Shown here: positions 1 to 13,706 of the stretch, in pieces
How the letters are laid out: each line of letters opens with the position of its first letter
How positions within the stretch are numbered: the stretch's first letter is position 1
NCBI GenBank assembly: GCA_045159875.1
Contig: CP067995.1
Coordinates: forward strand, 384,001-448,000
Length of the DNA stretch: 64,000 nt
Direction: 5' to 3'
From: a cyanobacterium endosymbiont of Rhopalodia gibba
Lineage (GTDB): Bacteria > Cyanobacteriota > Cyanobacteriia > Cyanobacteriales > Microcystaceae
The notes under the pieces: generated by a model
The model's input: the letters and a program-made list of their open reading frames with translations, nothing else
What the model was told of the DNA's origin: nothing
Databases searched by the model: none
Made by a program: the position numbers and the translations under genes

Positions 1-386
1 TTAATATAATTGATAATTAAAGCTCTATTCCATAGAGAGTGCTCACAATTATTGCTAATAAAATCAAAAAATATTTCTAATAAAAAAAAAAGAAACCATC
101 CATCAAATTTTTTTAAAATTTGGGAACTATTGAGATGAATTTATAGTAAAAATATATTTTTTAGGTTTATTTTTTAAACCGCATTGCAAATAGAACTATT
201 ACTCATAGTAAAATCCTGATTTTATTTAAAAAAAAATATTAAAATTTATACGCTTAAAGTATTGTTCCTTAATAGTCTACTATGACTGGAAATAATCCTA
301 GAATAAAGTGAATCATCAAGACAGTAGTAAACTACTGAAATAAAAATTGGATTATCTAAAAAGATAACTGAGTATATCTGGTTATT

Positions 387-1244
387 CTATGGTCTACCAT
401 AAATATGGTTTTCAGTTTTTTTGGGTTTCAATCTAATATCAACCGGTCTAGCAACTATAATTCCAACAGAATTTTTAACGTTTATCACATAGGATTGTAA
501 ATCCTTAGCAAGGGTGACTTGTCCAGCAGGAGAAGCATGAATAAAACTGATATTTCCTTCTATAGTTTGATAAATTAAACCAGTGTGGGTAACATCTAAA
601 CCATCAATATTAGTAGCAACACTAATAATATCTCCTGGGTTTAGTTGAGAATAAATTTGTTTTACTTTATTATTAGGGATATAGGTTAAAACTATCTTGT
701 TGATTTTATTTTCCCTTTCTACAATACATTCATAGTTATTTTTATTAGTTGCTAACTTAGGATATAAGATTTTATTTTGACTCATAAAATAAAGCTTTTT
801 ATCAAATTTAATCCCCCCTAACTCCGCCGTAATATTTTTAACATTCCCTCGTTTTTGATTATCATTGATCCAATCCGAAAAGTAATGTAGTCGACTACAA
901 TAATCATTCATAAAACCATTAATATAACGTTGCTCTTGTAGATGTTTAGTAAAGGTTTGATATCCCCTATCATTTAAAGTAATATTACGAGTAATGGCTA
1001 AAACAGTTTCCACAAACAAAACACAATCAAATTTGTTGAATGAAATAAATAATTGTTCTTTTTCAAATGTTTCTAACAAACCTGCTTTATAAGTTGATCC
1101 CAGAAATTGTTCTGCAATTTTTTGCATAATTTTTCCCATTGATAACTTGGATGAATCATGATTATTTACTGAATTAACAATGCTTTTAAACTGTTTTTCT
1201 AATTCAAGCTGATAAAACTTTCTTTTATATAATTGAGCTATCAT
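387..1244 (-). CDS. DUF1460 / NlpC-P60-like N-acetylmuramoyl-L-alanine amidase (possibly 5'-truncated)
   Basis: Motifs FDCVLFVETVLA, RLHYFSDWI, GLDVTHTG, IHAS; no signal peptide in the ORF; in-frame stop shortly upstream of the ATG. Confidence 0.8.
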   Translation of the reverse strand: MIAQLYKRKFYQLELEKQFKSIVNSVNNHDSSKLSMGKIMQKIAEQFLGSTYKAGLLETFEKEQLFISFNKFDCVLFVETVLAITRNITLNDRGYQTFTKHLQEQRYINGFMNDYCSRLHYFSDWINDNQKRGNVKNITAELGGIKFDKKLYFMSQNKILYPKLATNKNNYECIVERENKINKIVLTYIPNNKVKQIYSQLNPGDIISVATNIDGLDVTHTGLIYQTIEGNISFIHASPAGQVTLAKDLQSYVINVKNSVGIIVARPVDIRLKPKKTENHIYGRP

Positions 1245-1724
1245 ATCATTTAATCTATTATTACTATCCGCGTTCTCTATAATTTATACTACAAAAAATA
1301 CTTTTTCTAGAACAAAATATTATTTAACCAATACTTACTAATTATTGATAAATCTATTTTAATAGATAAAATAAAAGAATTAACTGCAATATTATTACTC
1401 CCATTTAGATTAATTTTAATTGGCTATTCATCACTTCTTAAGTAGTAATTTTTGTTACTGTATTAATAGCACATTTTTTATTATTATTCAAATAATAATT
1501 AGCTTCATTAACGATAGATTTAAAAGACTCAGTTGGTGCCATTGTTTTTCATCAATTTTTGATATATTTGTATTTTTCAGTAATGATCCTTCAATAATAG
1601 TCGATAAGAAGCTTACATTAAAAGTAAGAATAAAAAATCATATAAACTAAGGTTGGGGCATTATCAAAGAAATTATAAACTTTTTTAAGCAAATCAACTA
1701 AATATAGACTAAATTACTTGGTTT

Positions 1725-1762
1725 ATATAAACAGATGTTAATTAATTAACATCTGTTTATAT
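1725..1762. repeat. Perfect 38-bp palindrome
   Basis: ATATAAACAGATGTTAATT|AATTAACATCTGTTTATAT, no loop. Confidence 0.95.
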
Positions 1763-2633
1763 TGGTATTATTATTCGGTAATTTTAATTAGTAATAATTT
1801 ATTAAAAGCTGTATTATATTTACTTTTTTATTTATAGATTAAAGAGAGCTTATGAAAAACTTATTCAAGGTATTCATTAATAATGCTATATTATTAGATA
1901 ATATTTTTGCTAGTATTAATTACTAATTTTTTTCAAGTAAGAATAAATTTTAGTAAACTAACTAAGTTTATTTTATGAATTAATTTTGGTAAATTTACAA
2001 TCAATGTTTTTTAATAAAAAAAGTTAACTTAGTTTGGTAAACATGAGTAAAAATCTTCTTGGTTCTATAAAAATCAATAATATTTGATCGTCCTTACTTA
2101 ATTAATAAAGATAGAAGTTTTTAGGTTATAAAATAGTTAATCTTATTTGAAGAATATTAAATACTTAAACTCTACCTTAATGTGAGTTATTAGCAATAAT
2201 TTGAAATTAGGTATATTACACTGAAAACAGTAGGTAAACTAACTGATTATATACTTTACCGATTGCTAAATCAATTGCTTGCTTCATTGATACCTTATAT
2301 TAAGGTCTCTAGAATTTAGGTATTCTTGAGTTTGAAAATATTCCTTAATTTTCGACCGACAGTTTTCAACGTGGTAAAAAGCAGAGGAATAAGGAAATAA
2401 AAATATGAGTCCTACTTATTTCTGGGAATTCTATCAGTTATCTAACTTTTGCAACTTTGTGAGCTGTAAATTTTCCACGAATACACAGGAGCCTGGGCAT
2501 AGTTATGGTATCAATATTTCTGTTTTATCGCTGAATTTAGCGTTAATTTTAAATTAACTAACTTTAATTATTTACTTAAAGATGGATATGAAATTATTTT
2601 TATCCCTCCTGTTAGTGGGGGATATACTGTCCG

Positions 2634-2660
2634 CAATCCTAAATCCATAATTTAGGATTG
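2634..2660. terminator. Hairpin downstream of the SagB-like gene
   Basis: CAATCCTAAAT-ccata-ATTTAGGATTG, 11-bp stem. Confidence 0.5.
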
Positions 2661-2717
2661 AAGTAGAGGCAGGAAGACAGGAAAGAAATTATTCTAACTT
2701 CTGTCTATTTTTTCCTT

Positions 2718-4253
2718 TCAAGATTGGTTCCTCCGTTTTGGACGTCCTAAAGTAGTAATATAAAGGACCACTTCCTCGGGGGGAATTCCTAAGACTTCAT
2801 TGACTTGATCATCAAAAAATCCTCCTATTCCACTCACCCCTAAATCTAGATAAATAGCGGCTAAGTTTAGTCTTTGTCCAAGATGTCCTGCATCTAAATG
2901 TAAATAACGATAAGCACGATCACCATATTTAGCAACAGCTTTTTGAAGATCAGCTGTATGAAAAACTAAGGACCCCGCATCCCGTCCTAGATCCTGTCCT
3001 AAACATAAATAATGTAGTTCTTGTCGAAAGTTTTTAAAGCGAATTTGTCTTAATTCTTGCGCTTTTGGCGCATAATAGTAACACCCTTCTTCTAAACCCG
3101 TAACCCCAGAAACAGCAATAAACGTTTCGATCAATTCCAAATCAAAATAGTCAGGATTAGGGTCTAAATTTATTTTTTTATAATCTTGAGATTGATAGGT
3201 AAAATTTAGTAGGGATTTAAGTTCATTTAGGGTTAAATTTTCTCCTGTATAGGCACGAGTAGATCTCCGTTTTAAAATAGTGTTTTCTAAGTTAATTAGA
3301 TCATTATTCCAGTCAAGAGGTGATGTTTGAGTAGAAACTTTCAAACAAAACGGAAAATTATATTTATCTTCTAAATTTGATAGATTCGAGGTTAAAGATG
3401 GAGACGGTTCTGCGTCTCTAATTTCAGTTGCTTGATGGAAATAAGAAAGTAATTTCCCGTCATCAATAGGGGGATAATCAGTATGAATTTCTGAGGAAAA
3501 AATAGTTTTTTTTGGTAGATTAAAGAGAATTTGATTACCGTTGGATATATCCTGAAGGGAAATAACTGTAATAGCAGCTTCTTGATCAGGCTCAAGATAT
3601 AATATGCGGTTAATCATCTGATCTACAAATCCCCCAATCAAATGAGGACGATATTGATTGATAGCACAAGCTAATTCAATATTACCTAACAAGTGTCCTG
3701 TATCTAGCATTATTCTGCGATAAGCTCGATCCTCATATCGCCAAGCTGACCGCTCAAAAACCGCTGTTGTGATTATGGCTAGTTGGGTATCTTTTAAGCT
3801 TAAATCTTCAAAACAGGCCTCTTGTAAATCAGACCAAACATCATTTTCCCAAAAATGAATGAGGGAGTGAGTGTTAGATTGGTAGTTATACAAACCTGAA
3901 GGAAAAAAAGAAGTTCCCCGAGAAATCAGATAGACTTCCGCAGGGTAGAGTCCTCCAGCTGAAGGGACGGTCCTTAAATATAAAGGGGTTCCCATGGTAG
4001 CAACTTTAGCCGTCAAGCCATAACTACAAGTGAGTAAACGAGATAAACGTCGCCATTGTCGGGCTAATTCATCTTGAGGGTATTTTTCTGAGAAATAGGT
4101 CGTAAGATCATACAAGTTACCAACTTTATATTGTTTAAAAACCGAGGGTTGTTTTGACGAATCTAATCCTTTATTTTTGGTAGCAATGGTTTCAGGATAG
4201 TACTTAGTTCGTTCGTGATAATGGGTAGCAATCGAAATTAGCTGATCTGACAT
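2718..4253 (-). CDS. SagB/ThcOx-family FMN-dependent dehydrogenase (two nitroreductase-like domains)
   Basis: LRTVPSAGGLYPAEVY, WRYEDRAYR, RRSTRAY, KYGDRAYRYLHLDAGHLGQ, GIGGFFDD. Confidence 0.88.
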   Translation of the reverse strand: MSDQLISIATHYHERTKYYPETIATKNKGLDSSKQPSVFKQYKVGNLYDLTTYFSEKYPQDELARQWRRLSRLLTCSYGLTAKVATMGTPLYLRTVPSAGGLYPAEVYLISRGTSFFPSGLYNYQSNTHSLIHFWENDVWSDLQEACFEDLSLKDTQLAIITTAVFERSAWRYEDRAYRRIMLDTGHLLGNIELACAINQYRPHLIGGFVDQMINRILYLEPDQEAAITVISLQDISNGNQILFNLPKKTIFSSEIHTDYPPIDDGKLLSYFHQATEIRDAEPSPSLTSNLSNLEDKYNFPFCLKVSTQTSPLDWNNDLINLENTILKRRSTRAYTGENLTLNELKSLLNFTYQSQDYKKINLDPNPDYFDLELIETFIAVSGVTGLEEGCYYYAPKAQELRQIRFKNFRQELHYLCLGQDLGRDAGSLVFHTADLQKAVAKYGDRAYRYLHLDAGHLGQRLNLAAIYLDLGVSGIGGFFDDQVNEVLGIPPEEVVLYITTLGRPKRRNQS

Positions 4254-5407
4254 AAAATAAAATTATTACAATGAATGGCATTCCAAGTTTAATTTTAAAC
4301 TTTATTTCTTGGAGTCTCACTTTACATTAAAAGTTAATCATCTGGCAGGACGCTTAATGGTCTTGACGGGAGATAATTGGTGATGATGATTACAATGCTT
4401 CTATACTAACCTTATTGACAAAATCCTAATATCATAAATAATGTTGTGCATTTAAACCATTTAGATATAAGACTAAATAGGTATCACTTCATATAATTCC
4501 TGTTTTCCTTGATAAAACTGATTATATTCAACGTATAGTATGGTTTTCTATTTTTTTCTTAACTGTTCCTTGTTCCTTATTCCTAATTTTCAGAAAATAG
4601 AAAACCATTTGACAAATAATGTATAGATATCGCCGAAGGCTATTATTTCCTCACTATAATTTTTTCTCAAGATAAACTCTCTGGTAGGGTTCAACTGACT
4701 AGAAAAATTATTGGTTTAATTTGGGCTAAAATAATATCAGTATGCAAAGATAATATTATATTTATGAATCTAGTACAAGGTTAAGTTAATAAATAACAGA
4801 ACTTGTCTGATTTTATCTAAAAGGGTAAGATTATGTTCAGGGAAAGAGGTGAAAATCATTTCACCTTATTAAAGGAGGAAAGTCTAATAATTGTTAAATT
4901 TCATCAAAGAACTAGGAATTTAGAATATATTCCCTATGCTAAAACAAGTATAATTAAACCTTTTATTCAGTTTTAATATTATCTCTCATCATATAGAATG
5001 ATTTTTTCTTTGTTTTACTCTACGGAATTAATTTCTGTTTTTTGACTTGTATATAAATACAACTTATTAGATTCTACACATAAACTAAGACGTGCTTTTT
5101 TATTTCTCTGGCTTATTTTTCTTGACGACATAGATTAATTTTTGTATCTAATTCTGTTAGCCTAATTTTTAGAAAGACTGGCACTTAGCGATAATTTTTT
5201 TTAAAAACCTTTGCGTTTTATACTTATTTTATTTCACCTACTTATAAAAAAGTAAACTAAGTTTATCTATCAAAAAAAATCACAATAAATCTGTTGAATT
5301 ACATCAAATTTTAATAAATTTAGGAGAATAGTGGATAGACATTGAAGATGAAGTTTTTAAGCCTTAATCTCAAGTAAGAGAAGTATTGTTTACCCTAAAA
5401 TCATACT

Positions 5408-6325
5408 TTAGAAATCAGGAATTTCCATTGAGCCCTCACTCACTAAAACCGACGATCCTCCAACCTTAATTTCTCTAATTTGTCCTTGTTTTTTTTTGGC
5501 AATTATCTCCAAAATACTCGGCCTTCCCATCTCAAAACCCTGTTCCACTCTCCACTTTAAGGTTGTATCAGGAATCTCCTCTCGAATAGCTAAATAGCCT
5601 CCTAACGCTGCTGCTGCTGATCCAGTGGCAGGATCTTCGAGAATTCCCATGGAAGGAGCAAACATCCGTGCTCGCAGATCAGATCCTTCCCTTTCAGGAT
5701 CAAAACAAAAAACGTAGACAGAAGGGGCCCAATGATTTGCCAAAATATGTTGCCAGCAATCACGGTTAAATTGAATATGTCCTAATGCTTCTCGGTTATG
5801 AAGGGGAACAAATAAAAAAGGAACTCCACAAGAGACTCCTTGGATAAAATATTTATCGTCTCGAAAATCAACAATTTTTAACCCTAAAATTGAGGCTAAT
5901 TCGATTACTGAGGGGGAATTGTTATTAAACGTTGGAAGTTGGGCAGCTTTCAATTCTGTATAAACTGGTTTTCCCCTTTCAATTTGTATTGAAACAGATA
6001 TTAATCCTATCCCTTCTTCTAAAAGAAGAGTCTGCTTTTCTTGAGAAATGGCAATCTCTCCAATAAAGCTTAAAACATAGGCAGTTCCTATGGTGGGATG
6101 TCCAGCAAAATAAAGTTCGGTTGTAGGAGTAAAAATCCTGAGTTTTCTGGTTCCTTGAGAAGTTTGGGGCGGAAAAACAAAGACCGTTTCCGAAAATTTG
6201 AATTCTGCGGCAATTTTTTGCATCTTATGAGTGGTTAACCCTTGAGAATTCGGAAAAACAGCTAACTGATTTCCTCCAAAGATTTGATCAGTAAACACAT
6301 CGGCTGTATAGAACTTATACTTCAT
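5408..6325 (-). CDS. PhzF-family isomerase/epimerase
   Basis: DVFTDQIFGGNQLAV, SETVF, RIFTP..E..FAGHPT, EDPATGSA, EQGFEMGRPS. Confidence 0.9.
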   Translation of the reverse strand: MKYKFYTADVFTDQIFGGNQLAVFPNSQGLTTHKMQKIAAEFKFSETVFVFPPQTSQGTRKLRIFTPTTELYFAGHPTIGTAYVLSFIGEIAISQEKQTLLLEEGIGLISVSIQIERGKPVYTELKAAQLPTFNNNSPSVIELASILGLKIVDFRDDKYFIQGVSCGVPFLFVPLHNREALGHIQFNRDCWQHILANHWAPSVYVFCFDPEREGSDLRARMFAPSMGILEDPATGSAAAALGGYLAIREEIPDTTLKWRVEQGFEMGRPSILEIIAKKKQGQIREIKVGGSSVLVSEGSMEIPDF

Positions 6326-7134
6326 TTTAGCTTAATTATTTCTATCGTATTCAATTAATTGGGATCATTTTAACTATTAAAATATTTTGGCATTGATTAA
6401 ACTCAATTAAATCTATTAAATAGATAATATTTCTAAATTTATTTATTAACTCTTCCCAATCTTACTCCACTATACTTTAGCTTTTAATAAAGCAGTTAGA
6501 CTTCCATAGATTCAACTCAATGTCGTTCAAAGAACATTTCTCACCTTGGGTTATTTATTAACCTATCTTTTTTAAGAATTTTATAATAGTTGCGATAGTT
6601 ATTCCAATCCCGAAGCTAAATATTTACGGTGAATTTTAAAAATTAAATTTGGAAACTTAGAATTGGTTAAAAATTGCTTATACCAGAAAGAACTAACTCT
6701 ACAAAATTTTACTTTTCTAAATTTGCTACTATAAATTTTTTGAAAAAAGCTCGATTTATACTTACTTGTTAACACATGTTTTAATTTACTCTTAAAAAAG
6801 AGCTAATTAAAATATATTTTTAGTCCAAAAGTGATTGATAATCTATAGAAGTTTTACTTTGACTATATTCTATAATTCAAAAGTATATAATAACTATTTT
6901 TTTTATATTAAAAACTTTGTAAAGCAAGTTTTTAAACTTTTGTTTATTATTATGTTTTTACAGCTAGTCTAAAGAAGGTATAAAAATGACAAATGAGTAA
7001 CCTATTGAATGACTCATTCATAAGCTTGATCTTCTAGACAAGAAGAAATCTATTAAGGTATTATAGTGATTGTTTTTTATGTTATAAGCATATATAACTA
7101 CTCAATAGATTATTGTTCATTACATAATTAATTT

Positions 7135-8226
7135 ATGCTAAAAGCTGGAATCGTTGGACTTCCTAATGTTGGTAAGTCAACCCTATTTAACGCCTTAGTT
7201 ATTAACGCTAAAGCAGACGCAGCAAACTTTCCTTTTTGTACTATTGAACCGAATGTAGGGGTTGTCGCAGTTCCCGATGAACGTTTGGAAGTATTAGGCA
7301 AGTTATCTAAATCTGAAAAAATTGTTCCCACCCAAATTGAATTTGTAGATATTGCTGGTTTAGTAAAAGGGGCTAGTCAGGGGGAAGGTTTGGGAAATCA
7401 ATTCTTAGCTAACATACGAGAAGTAGATGCTATTGTCCATGTAGTTCGTTGTTTTGATGATGATGATATTATTCATATATCGGGTTCAGTTGATCCTACT
7501 AGAGATATCGAAGTCATCAACTTGGAATTAGCTTTAGCCGACTTATACCAAACGGAAAAACGCTTAGAACGAGTTCGGAAACAAGTTAAAGGGAAGAGAG
7601 ACGGAGAAAACGAAATATATACTTTAGAGAAGATTATTGCCGCACTTAATAAAGCAGTTGGGGTGCGTCACGTAGACTTAACGGAAGAAGAAGAAGAGTT
7701 TATTAAATCCTTGGGATTATTAACAAGAAAACCTATTATTTATGTCGCTAATGTTTCTGAGGATGACCTAGCTACGGGAAATGACTGGGTTAAACAAGTT
7801 GAAAAAACAGCGAAAGAGCAAAATGCCAAAGTCGTTATTGTTTCGGCTCAGGTAGAATCAGAATTAGTAGAGATTCCTGGTGAAGAAAAAGCCGACTATT
7901 TAGAATCATTAGGAGTAACAGAAGGTGGACTGCAATCCTTAATTAAAGCCACCTACGAGTTATTACGATTACGAACCTATTTAACCACGGGACCTCAAGA
8001 AACTCGCGCTTGGACAATTCGCGCTGGGATGAAAGCGCCTCAAGCAGCAGGAATCATTCATACTGATTTTGAAAAGGGATTTATTAGAGCTGAAACGGTC
8101 GCTTACAATGACCTAGTAACCTGTGGAACTATGACAGCAGCTAAAGAAAAAGGGTTAGTTCGTAGTGAAGGGAAAGAGTATGAGGTTAAGGAAGGAGATG
8201 TTTTATTATTTAGATTTAATGTTTAA
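7135..8226 (+). CDS. ychF: Ribosome-binding ATPase YchF
   Basis: GIVGLPNVGKST, ANFPFCTIEPN, DIAGLVKGASQGEGLGNQFL, C-terminal TGS domain. Confidence 0.97.
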   Translation: MLKAGIVGLPNVGKSTLFNALVINAKADAANFPFCTIEPNVGVVAVPDERLEVLGKLSKSEKIVPTQIEFVDIAGLVKGASQGEGLGNQFLANIREVDAIVHVVRCFDDDDIIHISGSVDPTRDIEVINLELALADLYQTEKRLERVRKQVKGKRDGENEIYTLEKIIAALNKAVGVRHVDLTEEEEEFIKSLGLLTRKPIIYVANVSEDDLATGNDWVKQVEKTAKEQNAKVVIVSAQVESELVEIPGEEKADYLESLGVTEGGLQSLIKATYELLRLRTYLTTGPQETRAWTIRAGMKAPQAAGIIHTDFEKGFIRAETVAYNDLVTCGTMTAAKEKGLVRSEGKEYEVKEGDVLLFRFNV

Positions 8227-8919
8227 TAATGATATTAGAGAAGGGTAATAATCATTTGTGCTACTTTAGACTAAATTAGTAGTCGCATAATCCACCGAAG
8301 ATCGGGTTTAAACAACGACAAGAGTTTAGGGTCCTGTACATTAGTCAATACACCCTAAGGGACGGAGAAAGGTCGCAAAATGACCAAAATATAGACTTTT
8401 AAATAAGTGGAGAATGGACAATATGAGTAGATAGTGTATAATTTTTAAAAAAATTCATAAACAGGAGATTTTGTAGCTTGTTGCTCAAAGTTACCAGAGT
8501 GTAATTCTTTGGGCTCTTTTTCAAAAAATCTTACAGATTCTCCCGTAAGTTAATTTTACTCTTCCCTCTTTTTTTAAAATTTTAGATAGTTGTTGCTTAT
8601 TATTAAGTGATTGTTTTCTATTCCTTGAAAAATGTGTCTGGGAATTGTTTTTCTAATAGTTCTACCCAATATGCAATTTCTTTAACTTTTTATCCTCTTG
8701 TATCTTAGACATGAAATTCTGGTTTTAATTCTCGTTCTGGAGAGAGTTTCCGGATTACAATTCAATTTTAATGGTATCTGTTTTTCTAATTCTATCAGCC
8801 AAATTTTTAGAAAAGCTAGTATTTAGTGATCGCTCTTTTTAAACTACTCTTCTATTTTATGTTTGTTTGAGCTTACTTACTGAATGATTATTGATAGACT
8901 ACTTTTTGCAACAAAACCA

Positions 8920-9280
8920 ATTTTATAATTCACCAGGAGCACCACCGAGAGCTTTCAAGTCTCAACTTTCTAAAATTTTCTGTCAACTGTGCTAGGAAGT
9001 TTCTAGAAATACGTTGCGCCACTATTAGCTGAGTTAATCAACGATGGGGTGAAGTAGATTATAAGAACCAAAGAGAAAGTCAGAGAACTGATGGACGAGA
9101 AACATCTAACAGATGAATAATATTTATGAAAAAATGATCAATTAAGCAGTGGAAGCTGACAAAGCTTTTGCTAAAGAAAAGTCCAAAGAAACTGTTAGAG
9201 AGTTATTGACCCAATGACACCAATATGAAGAAGTAGCAGTTGAGGATAAGATGTTGCATCGTGTGGTTGAAGAAGTTTAA
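8920..9280 (+). pseudogene. Degraded remnant of an unidentified ORF
   Basis: Protein-like stretches (KVRELMDEKHLTDE*, AVEADKAFAKEKSKETVRELLTQ*HQYEEVAVEDKMLHRVVEEV*) broken by stops and frameshifts; boundaries approximate. Confidence 0.4.
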
Positions 9281-9295
9281 TAGAATTGAATTTTC

Positions 9296-9344
9296 TTAAC
9301 AACCTACATAAGGTGGACATTGCCCACCTTATGTAGGTTGTTAA
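9296..9344. terminator. 21-bp-stem hairpin after sqdB with REP-like core
   Basis: TTAACAACCTACATAAGGTGG-acattgc-CCACCTTATGTAGGTTGTTAA. Confidence 0.75.
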
Positions 9345-9355
9345 ATCGATTGTTC

Positions 9356-10516
<1,161 letters not shown>

Positions 10517-10664
10517 TCAATAAATTATTTTGCCAATTTTCGGTAAAAATACCAGATCTTGATGCTTTTTAAACCATTTGATCTTGATAATTTGTGCCTG
10601 ATACAACAGTTTACCATCTTCTCTGAAGAGTGTTCTTATAGATTGTGTTCATCTCCTAGGAAAT

Positions 10665-11600
10665 TTATTGCCTATCAACTTTGAGTGACAGCTCCGATTC
10701 TGGGTGCAATGTTTCTCCCTTCAATGGAGGAAGGACAGGGAAAAAAGGCTGATGAAGACTAATTAACTGAGCTAAGACTTTCTTTAATTGAGTACGGGGA
10801 ACAATCGCATCAACAAAGCCATGTTTGAGCAAATACTCAGAGGTTTGGAAGCCTTCAGGGAGTTTTTCTCGTAAGGTTTGTTCAATAACCCGTCGTCCAG
10901 CAAAGCCAATGGTTGCTTTGGGTTCAGCTAAAATAACATCCCCTAACATAGCAAAACTTGCCGTGACTCCCCCAGTAGTAGGATGGGTTAACACTGGAAT
11001 GTACAGTAATTGTTTGTCCCTATACAATGCTAGGGCTCCAGAAATTTTCGCCATCTGCATTAAGCTTAACATTCCTTCTTGCATCCGTGCCCCTCCTGAA
11101 GCACAGACAATGACAACGGGTAATCGTTCTTGGGTAGCATATTCAACCAAACGACAAAGTTTCTCCCCAACTACTGAACCCATACTTCCCCCCATAAATC
11201 GAAAATCCATTACACCGAGAGCTAGGGGTAAACCATCGACTAATCCTGTTCCTGTTTGTACTGCATCAATCAGTCCTGTTTTTTCCTGAGTATCTTTGAG
11301 TCGATCACTATAGGGTTTGCGATCAAAAAACTTTAGGGGATCAGTGGGTCTTAGATTTTCATTAAGGGGTTTCCAGGTTCCATCATCGATTAACTGAGCA
11401 ATCCGTTCGTCACTGTCTACCCGCATATGATGACCACACTCAACACAAACGAGTTGATTGGCTTGAAGATCTTTCGTATAAGTAAGAGCATCACAAGCAA
11501 CACATTTAGTCCATAATCCATCAGCAATTTCCCGTTCTTGTGTTTTTTGAATAATGGGTTCAGATTTTTCTCGGTTAGCAAACCAGTCTAATAGAGACAT
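10665..11600 (-). CDS. accD: Acetyl-CoA carboxylase carboxyltransferase beta subunit
   Basis: Zinc finger CxxC..Cxx[34 protein letters not shown]. Confidence 0.97.
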   Translation of the reverse strand: MSLLDWFANREKSEPIIQKTQEREIADGLWTKCVACDALTYTKDLQANQLVCVECGHHMRVDSDERIAQLIDDGTWKPLNENLRPTDPLKFFDRKPYSDRLKDTQEKTGLIDAVQTGTGLVDGLPLALGVMDFRFMGGSMGSVVGEKLCRLVEYATQERLPVVIVCASGGARMQEGMLSLMQMAKISGALALYRDKQLLYIPVLTHPTTGGVTASFAMLGDVILAEPKATIGFAGRRVIEQTLREKLPEGFQTSEYLLKHGFVDAIVPRTQLKKVLAQLISLHQPFFPVLPPLKGETLHPESELSLKVDRQ

Positions 11601-11650
11601 ATAAATTTCAGTAATTAAATTAACTAATAAAGTTGTGATCTACCGTAGAT

Positions 11651-11829
11651 TTAATCTTCTTCAGGTAAACTTAATAATAACAAAGCCGTTTTCAATCACA
11701 CGACTCGATGTATCATACACAACTAACATTTGTTGCACATAACCTTCACTGCATTAACTCAGCTTTCCAACGATAATTAACAGTCCTTACTGTAATTCAA
11801 GATACAGAGCTTATTTTATCAGGAGTCAT
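11651..11829 (-). pseudogene. DUF2007-type small protein pseudogene upstream of accD
   Basis: Fragments VS*ITVRTVNYRWKAELMQ / QQMLVVYDTSSRVI / TALLLLSLPEED* match the recalled cyanobacterial SWIT..RWEAELMQQ.L...TALLLLS protein; stop, frameshifts and internal deletion. Confidence 0.7.
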
Positions 11830-13706
11830 TAGTCTTTAGAAGTTAATCTTTAACTATAACGAAATAATGAGTAGTTAGATATAAATAAACGAGACTATCT
11901 TGGTGCGGGTTTGGCAGGGTTTAAAAACACTTTTCTTTATTCTCCTACTTCGCGAAGCATCTTAATAATCCCATTGTTCTAAGTTTGTTTCATCGACAAA
12001 CTGTTGTGCGAACTGTTTAGGAGAACCATTTTGAATAAATGGTAATTTTCTCCTGGTTTTCGCCCCATTGCCGATAATACAATCACATCTTTCCAAGATA
12101 TGGCTAAAATTGCCCCTGATACCGAGGTGGGTTCAAGGAAAAATAGTTTCTGACGAGAGCTTAATAACCTGAAAACTAAAGCCAGACTCCCTGATAACAG
12201 TAAATATTTTCAGCTTAATTAACTCCTCATTATTTTTTTTTGTATGTGTCTCCATCTCTCATTTTCAATAGTTTTAACACTATAATTAACACAATATTAA
12301 TTGCAGGTAATGACCAAACTTTAGTTTTACTGGACTTGTCATTTTAAAATAAAAAATATAAATAAAAAGTTTGATTGATACTTATGGAATCAATGAAGTG
12401 AGTGAACAGGGAATAGGAATGATTCTCAAAGATTTAAGTTAAGAATTGCAGATAGAAAGAACTCAGACATTAAAACAGTTGGTAATTGATGTAGTTGTTG
12501 TGGTTAGAGTACAAAAAAGTTATTATGTTGGTGTTTATAGATGTTAATAAGTACAGTAAAATAACTAGAAGTTAGGAAAAAATAGTTTTGAGCAAGATAG
12601 GAAAGATTAGTATAAGTCTTGGAAAACTCTCTAAAATGTTATTAATAGCAGATAGACTTCATGTGATAAAACAAGTTAATGCTTAATTAGCTCATCCAAA
12701 GAAAATACTTAAATGAGGAATTAAACGATTTAAAGATATTGATAAATAAATTATATTAAAAATTAGATAAAATCAGATTTATTTAGTTTAAAAAAAATTT
12801 AAGTAAAGAATAAAAATCCCAATTAAAACAGGTGGATAAAACGCAGCTAATCCTTCTGACAAGGTATCAGCTAAAAAGAAAAGAGTACCTGAGAAAATTT
12901 ACAAGAAAAACTCACACTAGATATCAGGACTATAGGAATTAGATGACTAGTATCGTAGCTAAAAGGACTTAAAACAATCAGGTATTGGATTACGGAGAGC
13001 ATTGCCTATTTCGACTCAGGAATAGCTCAAAGAAAACAAGTATTAATGACAAAAAAATAAAGTTAATTGAAAGTAGAACTTATAGATTTGTATAGTTAAA
13101 ATTCTGTCAATTTTAAAATCATAAAACTTTGGGGTTAACACTTCATTCGTTAATACTAAATCATTAGTTCAGCATAATCTAAATTTTTAATACAGCCCTA
13201 CCAATTTCTGTCATTCAGTTAGAGAATATTTACAGCTTACCAACCCCAAACAACTTCAAATTTTAACCTCAGCACTAACCTTGATTCCGTTAAAATTCTA
13301 GACAAGATCATGGCACCAAATCAATTAAGGAGAGGGTGATTAACTAGCTACTCAAAATCGAGTAACCTACATAGGTTTAGTAAAACTACAAAAAGAGCCG
13401 AAAAAACACTAGTCTGGTCACTACTCCTACCAACATATAATGCGCTTAATATAATAGAAGTCCGACATCAACTACAAGGTCTTGATCATTATAATTATTC
13501 TAACACTGGAATATTTTTAGGTTTTCCTAGTTGATGACAACGACTATAACATTTTAGATAATGGTATGAAGAGTAAAGAAAAGAAAGTCTTTCTAGCGAA
13601 CGATAAATGATAACGTTGATAAAACTACTGATATAAGTCCTAAAAGCTGAAGATATAATCAGAGCTTATAATTAAAGAGATGACGCAACATTTAGGAGTA
13701 GCGATC

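Noticed and set aside
1420..1650. 76-aa ORF (likewise 50202-50390 and 54493-54882)
   Set aside because: Low-complexity F/I/N-rich frames in AT-rich spacers with no motifs; the last overlaps rpsA and its terminator antisense
2718..4253. SagB-like gene as a RiPP (TOMM) cluster
   Set aside because: No YcaO, precursor peptide or transporter nearby; this two-domain protein commonly stands alone in cyanobacteria
5408..6325. Phenazine biosynthesis
   Set aside because: Lone PhzF-family gene with no other phz genes
10825..11289. Antisense or alternate-frame ORFs within real genes (also 3392, 7128, 9653, 14000, 29789, 37847, 52339, 55393, 61040 and similar)
   Set aside because: Shadow frames of conserved genes with no independent evidence
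11900..12255. Minus-strand ORF remnant upstream of the DUF2007 pseudogene
   Set aside because: Looks formerly coding but no family could be recognised
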